Position numbers and translations under genes: made by a program
Origin: Candidatus Microgenomatus sp.
Lineage (GTDB): Bacteria > Patescibacteriota > Minisyncoccia > UBA6257 > GWB1-50-10
Assembly (NCBI GenBank): GCA_020724805.1
Contig: DYGI01000001.1
Span: 303,157 to 367,156 of the forward strand
Direction of reading: 5' to 3'
Length of the DNA: 64,000 nt
Notes under the pieces: generated by a model
What the model was told of the DNA's origin: nothing
The model's input: the letters and a program-made list of their open reading frames with translations, nothing else
Database searches by the model: none
In this document: piece after piece, positions 58,547-64,000 of the stretch
Layout: each line of letters begins with the position of its first letter
Position numbering within the stretch: the first letter of the stretch is position 1

Positions 58547-58912
58547 ATGAACCGCAAAGAATCCATCGGTGAGCGTATTCGCTCCCTTTGGTTTGATGTC
58601 CAACTGCTCATGCTCATCGGCTACATGTTGATCGGCGGGTTCCAGACAATTCGATGGGCCGGTCAGATCGGTGTGAAAGAGCCGCAAACCGCCGCAATCA
58701 CCATCGGGCCGGAAACGGGCCTGGGGCAAGCAATGCCCTTCAGCGACCTTTCACCGGGTACGTACCGCGTGATCGCGCAAGCCGACGACTACACGACCAT
58801 CCTCGCGGCGGTTGTGCCGACGGGGGACATCCCGCTCCTCGTTCGGGACGTGCCCAAGCACCTTCTCAAGAAAGGCACTTTCCGGTATGGGACGTTCCTT
58901 GATTCCGTTTGA
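58547..58912 (+). CDS. Hypothetical membrane-anchored protein
   Basis: GGAGG SD, TTGACA promoter, single TM. Confidence 0.55.
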   Translation: MNRKESIGERIRSLWFDVQLLMLIGYMLIGGFQTIRWAGQIGVKEPQTAAITIGPETGLGQAMPFSDLSPGTYRVIAQADDYTTILAAVVPTGDIPLLVRDVPKHLLKKGTFRYGTFLDSV

Positions 58913-58984
58913 CGCTTTGCATCCGGCGGGTGACGCATTTTCATGCGCCACCCGTTTTTTGTTGGTTTGAAGTAGAATTGATTT

Positions 58985-59431
58985 ATGCAAGGTAATCGAA
59001 CGAAAACGCTCCTCGCGCGGGTGAAAGAGCTGCGGCTGCCCACGGAGCAGTACGTTATTTTCGGGAGCGGACCCATGGTGGTGCGGGGATTACGCGAGTG
59101 CAAGGATATCGACATACTCGTTTCCGAAAGTGTTTTTCGAGAATACAGGGATAAGCCCGGATGGACGACGAAAAAATTCGGTGACGGCTCGGATTATCTG
59201 GAAAACGACGGCATCGAACTTTGGGCCGAATGGGGGCCGGGGGAGTGGAACGAAGCAGCGCTTATTCGCGAAGTGGAAATAATAGACGGGTTGCCGTTCG
59301 TTCCGTTGGAAATGATGCTCAAGTGGAAGAAAATCTGTGGCCGCCCGAAAGACCTCGCGGACGTAAAGACGGTGGAGGAATACCTGAAACGAAATAACCT
59401 CTTCGAGCTCGTCGAGACTGAGTCTTTCTGA
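58985..59431 (+). CDS. Nucleotidyltransferase-fold protein
   Basis: FGSG..DIDIL, GRPKDLAD. Confidence 0.7.
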   Translation: MQGNRTKTLLARVKELRLPTEQYVIFGSGPMVVRGLRECKDIDILVSESVFREYRDKPGWTTKKFGDGSDYLENDGIELWAEWGPGEWNEAALIREVEIIDGLPFVPLEMMLKWKKICGRPKDLADVKTVEEYLKRNNLFELVETESF

Positions 59432-59506
59432 GACGAATGTCCTGAAGGCTCCTCAGAGCCTGAACGGCCCTCCCACTGATCCGACCGTATAAACAAACGC
59501 CGCTTG

Positions 59507-59686
59507 CTATGAAGCGGCGCCTTCGATGATGCGGGGCTCCTCCATGCCGGGAGCGCAATAATAGAGATGGTCCATCGCGATGCGGGTTTCGGGAATCCAG
59601 AGGCGATGGCAACGCGGACAACGCGTTGGAATTTTCATAAGGTCCCTACCTACGCATTCCGGGCATTGCTCGGGCGTGTCAGACAT
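59507..59686 (-). CDS. Small CxxC-CxxC protein (59 aa)
   Basis: AAGGAG SD; MSDTPEQCPEC..RCPRCH. Confidence 0.55.
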   Translation of the reverse strand: MSDTPEQCPECVGRDLMKIPTRCPRCHRLWIPETRIAMDHLYYCAPGMEEPRIIEGAAS

Positions 59687-59839
59687 GGCTATCTCCTTAA
59701 TGGTGGCCTATCAAAAACATGCTATTTTCCCTATTAAAAGTCAATTATCTGAGCCTATAATTTGCCTTCCCTTGGCCTTTCTGTTATTACTGCATTTAGA
59801 GCGTTTTTGACATCATCCAATAACGAAAGGAGTAAGGAT

Positions 59840-60625
59840 ATGAAAACCACACATGCGGTAGAAAGAAACGCGGAAACCCGTATTTCCGCAGATGTTCTCC
59901 CGCTCAGCCATCTTGAATCGGTGGCGCTGGGATTTCTTGCATTGGCAGCAGGAGCCAGCTTCTTCAAGGAGTGGCTCACCGAGCGCCTATCCGAACGCAC
60001 GCTCGCTTTGCCGGACATCATCGAGATTCCCGCATTCGAGCCCGCGCACATCGAATGGATCCCTCCGATCAGCCCTGCAGTAGCCGAGAGGAAGCTCATT
60101 TGGCTGCTGAACGAGATGGAGTATGCTCCGGAGCGTCAGCGGCAGAGGGTCATCAATATCCTGAACCTGTCACATCAGACTCCCATACCGAAGGCCGCTG
60201 CGTGGGGTATCGTCTTTAACGAGACGCTGGGGGTATTCGTCGCGGGTCACCCATTCAGATTCAACACGCTTGTGGACTACTCACAGACTGTAATTGTGGG
60301 TCCCGAGTGGACTCGGTTGAAATCGCACGAGCTCACCAAGTGTGTAAGCAGGGTGAGCCTGATGGCGACGGCGAAGTGTATCGAACACGCCAGCTTCAAG
60401 CTGGAGCGGCTCGAGCCCGAAGTCAGCTCCTGGCTTCTTGAGGGATCAGGTGTGCGGCTGTATGGCGCCGAAAGCGGGCAAAGCTTCAACGATGTTCTGG
60501 CCCGTGTCCGCGAATCCGGTCTGCCGTACGCTTTTCTCTCCGAAAAGGTGGATATGCTGGCACTGCAGCCCTGCATTACCGGCAGTTACGAAACTCTTCT
60601 CGCCGAACTGACCCCAGTCGAGTGA
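59840..60625 (+). CDS. Hypothetical protein
   Basis: 261-aa ORF with SD-like AGGAG/AAGGA and downstream hairpin. Confidence 0.6.
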   Translation: MKTTHAVERNAETRISADVLPLSHLESVALGFLALAAGASFFKEWLTERLSERTLALPDIIEIPAFEPAHIEWIPPISPAVAERKLIWLLNEMEYAPERQRQRVINILNLSHQTPIPKAAAWGIVFNETLGVFVAGHPFRFNTLVDYSQTVIVGPEWTRLKSHELTKCVSRVSLMATAKCIEHASFKLERLEPEVSSWLLEGSGVRLYGAESGQSFNDVLARVRESGLPYAFLSEKVDMLALQPCITGSYETLLAELTPVE

Positions 60626-60701
60626 GTCGAGAAGTGGGAATTTCCGGGTGGTGTACTTTGGTACCCCACCCGTTTTTGTTTAGTTGAGGTAAAATAGAAT
60701 C

Positions 60702-61322
60702 ATGAATAACAATACGATTGTGGTGGGGGCGGTAGGGCTTGTGGTGGGTGCATTGCTCGGGATGTATGCAGTGCCGGCGGTGGTGCCGGAGACCTACGCG
60801 CCGCGGGGCGGGTGGGGGATGATGGGCGGTGGAATGATGGGTGCAAACTTGGACCAGCACTTCATCGCGCAGATGATACCGCACCATGACGACGCGATTG
60901 CGATGGCGGAGCTTGCGCTCGAGCGCGCGACAAAGCCCGAGATACGCACGCTTGCGGAGAACATTATCGCGGCGCAGACGCGCGAGAATGGGGAGATGCG
61001 CATGTGGTACCGCGCGTGGTTCGGCGGCGAGGTGCCGGACGTATTCCTCGCGATGGGGCACGGGATGGATCCGAGGATAACAATCGACGGGATGATGATG
61101 TATATGACCGACGTCGCACGCCTCGAGACCGCGAATCCCTTTGAGCAGGCATTTATTGAGGAGATGATTCCGCACCACGAGATGGCCGTGATGATGGCGC
61201 AGATGTTGAAAGCCGGTTCGGCGCGCCCCGAGATGCAGAAACTTGCGGATGATATCATTGCCGCACAGACCGACGAGATCAATCAGATGCGCGCGTGGTA
61301 CCGCACTTGGTACGGAAACTAG
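60702..61322 (+). CDS. DUF305 (CopM-like) protein
   Basis: Two MIPHH..A..MA..IIAAQ repeats; Met-rich. Confidence 0.9.
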   Translation: MNNNTIVVGAVGLVVGALLGMYAVPAVVPETYAPRGGWGMMGGGMMGANLDQHFIAQMIPHHDDAIAMAELALERATKPEIRTLAENIIAAQTRENGEMRMWYRAWFGGEVPDVFLAMGHGMDPRITIDGMMMYMTDVARLETANPFEQAFIEEMIPHHEMAVMMAQMLKAGSARPEMQKLADDIIAAQTDEINQMRAWYRTWYGN

Positions 61323-61334
61323 AATTATAGAGAT

Positions 61335-61763
61335 ATGAGAGACCGTAATGAGGCGCAAGCGGTCATTGTGCGCGGGAAAGGGGATGCGCGCGCGTTTTTA
61401 ATTATCCGACGTCGCGGTGAGAACGGCATCGTCCAAATGCGCTTAGTGAAAGGAGGTATTGATGCGGGCGAAAAACCGGAAGAAGCGGTATTGCGGGAAG
61501 TTCAAGAAGAGGTCGGACTCACGAAGACAAAGGTAACCGTCGAGCTTGGTTATTACGATTACACCGTTGATGATATACGGCATTGTGTGACCTCGTTTCT
61601 TGTGGAAGCCAGCGGTGGCGAAGAAGCGGGCACTCCCTCACTCGACGAAGGCGACGCGACCATCGAAGAGGCGATATGGGTGAGCGCAGAACGCGCGCTC
61701 GAGCTTGTCACGTTTGATAACGAGAAACGGATGATGCAAAAAGCAATTGAGGCGTTGAAGTAA
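61335..61763 (+). CDS. NUDIX hydrolase
   Basis: GGIDAGEKPEEAVLREVQEEVG. Confidence 0.9.
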   Translation: MRDRNEAQAVIVRGKGDARAFLIIRRRGENGIVQMRLVKGGIDAGEKPEEAVLREVQEEVGLTKTKVTVELGYYDYTVDDIRHCVTSFLVEASGGEEAGTPSLDEGDATIEEAIWVSAERALELVTFDNEKRMMQKAIEALK

Positions 61764-61834
61764 CCGCTTGTGAAAATAAAAAGAGCCCGTTCGGTTGTTA
61801 CCTACTGAGGCTCTCATTGCTGACCTGGGGCCGA

Positions 61835-61918
61835 TTAGTCGTTCTGGCCGTGGTCGCCGCCCTGTCCGTCGCAGTCGGAATCTCCGCACGGGCAGTCTTC
61901 TGGGCCGTAGCGCCGCAT
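61835..61918 (-). CDS. Candidate 27-aa Cys/Asp/Gly-rich peptide
   Basis: AAAGGAGG SD; MRRYGPEDCPCGDSDCDGQGGDHGQND*. Confidence 0.45.
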   Translation of the reverse strand: MRRYGPEDCPCGDSDCDGQGGDHGQND

Positions 61919-61994
61919 ATCAATCCCTCCTTTCGCTCGTGAAGCTAATGTTACGGTAGAACGGAGAAAGAGGCCGGTCAAGGTCGCCTATTCT

Positions 61995-62432
61995 CTAACG
62001 TGGAGCAAGTTTCTTTAAGCGGCGCATGAGATTGTCGATTTGCCGCTTAGTGAGCACCGAACGATCGCGCCCGTCCTTATCCAGGTCGCCGATGCGGTGT
62101 TTTGGAATGATGTGGTAGTGGAGATGGGGAACGCTTTTTGCGCGGTTACCGCCGTCCCGCACAAGGACGGAAAAATCTTTCACGTTGAGTTTTGTAAGGA
62201 GCGAAGCGCCGAGTTTCAGGAGTTCGCCGATATCCTTTTCTTCCGATTTGGTGAGTTTTAAAAATGAAACGACGTGCCGCGTGGGGATTACAAGGAGATG
62301 ATACGGCGCGTACGGCGCGAGCGCGTAGGTAAGATATGCGGAACGTCTCGCTTTCAATATTTGATTCCCGCGCCCGCAGAACGGACATCGGGTACGGGCC
62401 TTTATCCAGTTTTTGTATAACATTGGTTTCAT
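61995..62432 (-). CDS. HIT family hydrolase
   Basis: CPFC, HLLVIP, HLHYH triad. Confidence 0.88.
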   Translation of the reverse strand: MKPMLYKNWIKARTRCPFCGRGNQILKARRSAYLTYALAPYAPYHLLVIPTRHVVSFLKLTKSEEKDIGELLKLGASLLTKLNVKDFSVLVRDGGNRAKSVPHLHYHIIPKHRIGDLDKDGRDRSVLTKRQIDNLMRRLKKLAPR

Positions 62433-62470
62433 TGTACAAAAAACGTTCGTGATTAGGGTAGAATGAAAAT

Positions 62471-62914
62471 ATGAAGACATTGCCGAAGGAATTCGGGGAG
62501 AAAAAGGAGGGAGTCGTATACGCACGGCGGCCCGGGGCGTACGCGGTATTTGTTGAAAACGGCAAAGTGGCGGTGGTGGACGTTGCCGGCAAGTATTTTC
62601 TCCCCGGAGGAGGAGTGGACGAAGGGGAATTGCCCGAAGCCGCGCTGCGCCGCGAGCTTCAGGAAGAATTGGGGTGGAAGATAGGGGAGGTGGAGGAATT
62701 AGGGAATGCGCTGGACCACTGCTTTTCCGAGAAGGCGAACGCGTATATCACCAAAGAAGAAACCTTTTTTACCGCGACGCGTACCGGCGAAGCGGGGCAT
62801 GTCGAAGAGGAGGACCATAAAATCCTTTGGCTTCCGCCCAACGAGGCGCAGCCACGCATGTTCCACCCCGGCCAAGCGTGGGCAATATCACGCGCATTCG
62901 GAGAGGTAGAATAA
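62471..62914 (+). CDS. NUDIX hydrolase
   Basis: PGGGVDEGELPEAALRRELQEELG. Confidence 0.9.
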   Translation: MKTLPKEFGEKKEGVVYARRPGAYAVFVENGKVAVVDVAGKYFLPGGGVDEGELPEAALRRELQEELGWKIGEVEELGNALDHCFSEKANAYITKEETFFTATRTGEAGHVEEEDHKILWLPPNEAQPRMFHPGQAWAISRAFGEVE

Positions 62915-62918
62915 TGTT

Positions 62919-63395
62919 ATGCAGAGAAAAGGAATCAGATTTGTGGTGGCGGTAGGTGGTCCGCTTCTTGCGGGTGCGATTGGTTCCATATTTACGTCCA
63001 TATCGGTCGGCACGTGGTTTCCGACGCTTGTAAAGCCAGCGCTCAACCCTCCCGCGTGGGTTTTCGGACCTGTGTGGACATTGCTTTACGCGCTCATGGG
63101 CATTGCGGCATATCTCGTGTGGGCGAACCAAGGCGCGATGAGGGAAGAGAAAAAGCGCGCGCTTCAAATTTTTGTGCTCCAACTGGCGCTGAACGTACTT
63201 TGGTCCGTGCTTTTCTTTGGACTCCTAAGCCCGCTCGCGGCGCTCGTGAATATCGTGCTTTTGTGGTGCGCGATACTCTGGACCATATTTGCGTTCAAGG
63301 GGATCTCGCGTCCCGCGGCATGGCTTCTTGCGCCGTACCTTGCGTGGGTGACGTTTGCCACGTATCTCAATGCCGCAATTTGGTTTCTGAACTAA
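62919..63395 (+). CDS. tspO: TspO/MBR family protein
   Basis: LVKPALNPPAWVFGPVWTLLY, LAPYLAWVTFA.YLN. Confidence 0.93.
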   Translation: MQRKGIRFVVAVGGPLLAGAIGSIFTSISVGTWFPTLVKPALNPPAWVFGPVWTLLYALMGIAAYLVWANQGAMREEKKRALQIFVLQLALNVLWSVLFFGLLSPLAALVNIVLLWCAILWTIFAFKGISRPAAWLLAPYLAWVTFATYLNAAIWFLN

Positions 63396-63572
63396 CCTCG
63401 CAAGTTTTTTGGTAGTTGACGAGTAAGATAAAGAAAGGTATAAAGAGAACGTTATGCATTGCGTATATACCAAGGCGAATATGTGGAACTCGATCTCCTG
63501 GAATCCGGAGACGTGTCTTCTGTTCAGCCGCGGTGGTTTTAGGAATTCACAGTAACGAATACCCTTATCGCT

Positions 63573-63607
63573 AAAAAAACCTCGGCTGGACGGAAGCCGA
63601 GGTTTTT
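63573..63607 (+). terminator. Terminator within the GNAT gene leader
   Basis: AAAAACCTCGGCT..AGCCGAGGTTTTT. Confidence 0.7.
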
Positions 63608-63654
63608 CGTTCCAGTATCGGTTCTTTCACAATCACATATCAAAGGAGAGCGAC

Positions 63655-64000
63655 ATGAACACGCTCGCGTTTTTGAAAGGAAAACGGGTCGCCCTCCGAC
63701 CCGTGCTTAAGGCGGACCTCCCGCATTTTATGCGGTGGCTCAACGACCCCGCGATGACCCAGTACCTCGCGGTGTATCTGCCGGTGATGGAAGGGGACGA
63801 AGAGGAATGGCTCGAGGGCCTTCGGAAAAAGAAACAGACCGACCTCGTGTTTGCCATTACTCTCGCGAACGGCACGCTTATCGGCGTGATGGGACTCCAC
63901 CGCATTGACTGGAAGGACCGCACGGCGCTGACCGGCGCCTTTTTCGGCGAAGCGCGGCACTGGGGGAAAGGGTACGGCACGGAGGCGAAGATGCTTCTCT
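63655..64000 (+). CDS. RimJ/RimL-type GNAT acetyltransferase, truncated by the window end
   Basis: AAGGAG SD; VALRP..DL, WLNDP, WGKGYGTEA. Confidence 0.88.
   Translation, partial: MNTLAFLKGKRVALRPVLKADLPHFMRWLNDPAMTQYLAVYLPVMEGDEEEWLEGLRKKKQTDLVFAITLANGTLIGVMGLHRIDWKDRTALTGAFFGEARHWGKGYGTEAKMLL

Noticed and set aside
47261-61000. Prophage
   Set aside because: No integrase, terminase, capsid or tail genes recognisable
1-64000. Alternative genetic code (UGA=Gly)
   Set aside because: Conserved genes are intact under code 11 and several end at TGA (rpsC, rpsQ, dprA)

Overview
This looks like a chromosomal segment of a Patescibacteria (CPR), Parcubacteria-like bacterium using the standard genetic code. 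That placement is inferred from the missing uL30 between uS5 and uL15, compact AlaRS/AspRS, split ComEC, a TraG/VirD4-like ATPase and a DUF5667 gene. Positions 1-36 kb are core genes: RRM protein, dnaG-rpoD-alaS, efp, mnmA, comEC, aspS, ndk, the str/S10/spc ribosomal cluster through secY-adk-map, topA-dprA and tRNA-Pro. After tRNA-Ile and tRNA-Ala (36.6 kb), the rest is accessory: sugar enzymes, dinB, an ECF sigma/anti-sigma pair, an HTH + GHKL ATPase pair, a type II R-M pair, a nuclease-rich cassette-like tract and many ORFans. The strongest unexplained signal is a short structured element (CCCGTTAGA...TCTAACGGG). It sits exactly at the start codon of three unrelated genes (rpmC, topA, ECF sigma), duplicates the start, shows compensatory base changes and is stop-free in both orientations in the two 72-bp copies. 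Other signals: a second REP-like family inside coding sequences, a tRNA-Pro-linked repeat-spacer array, a 6S-like ncRNA candidate, pervasive leaderless -10-to-ATG architecture and gene-start remnants at cassette junctions. All calls come from reading motifs by eye; no database searches were run.
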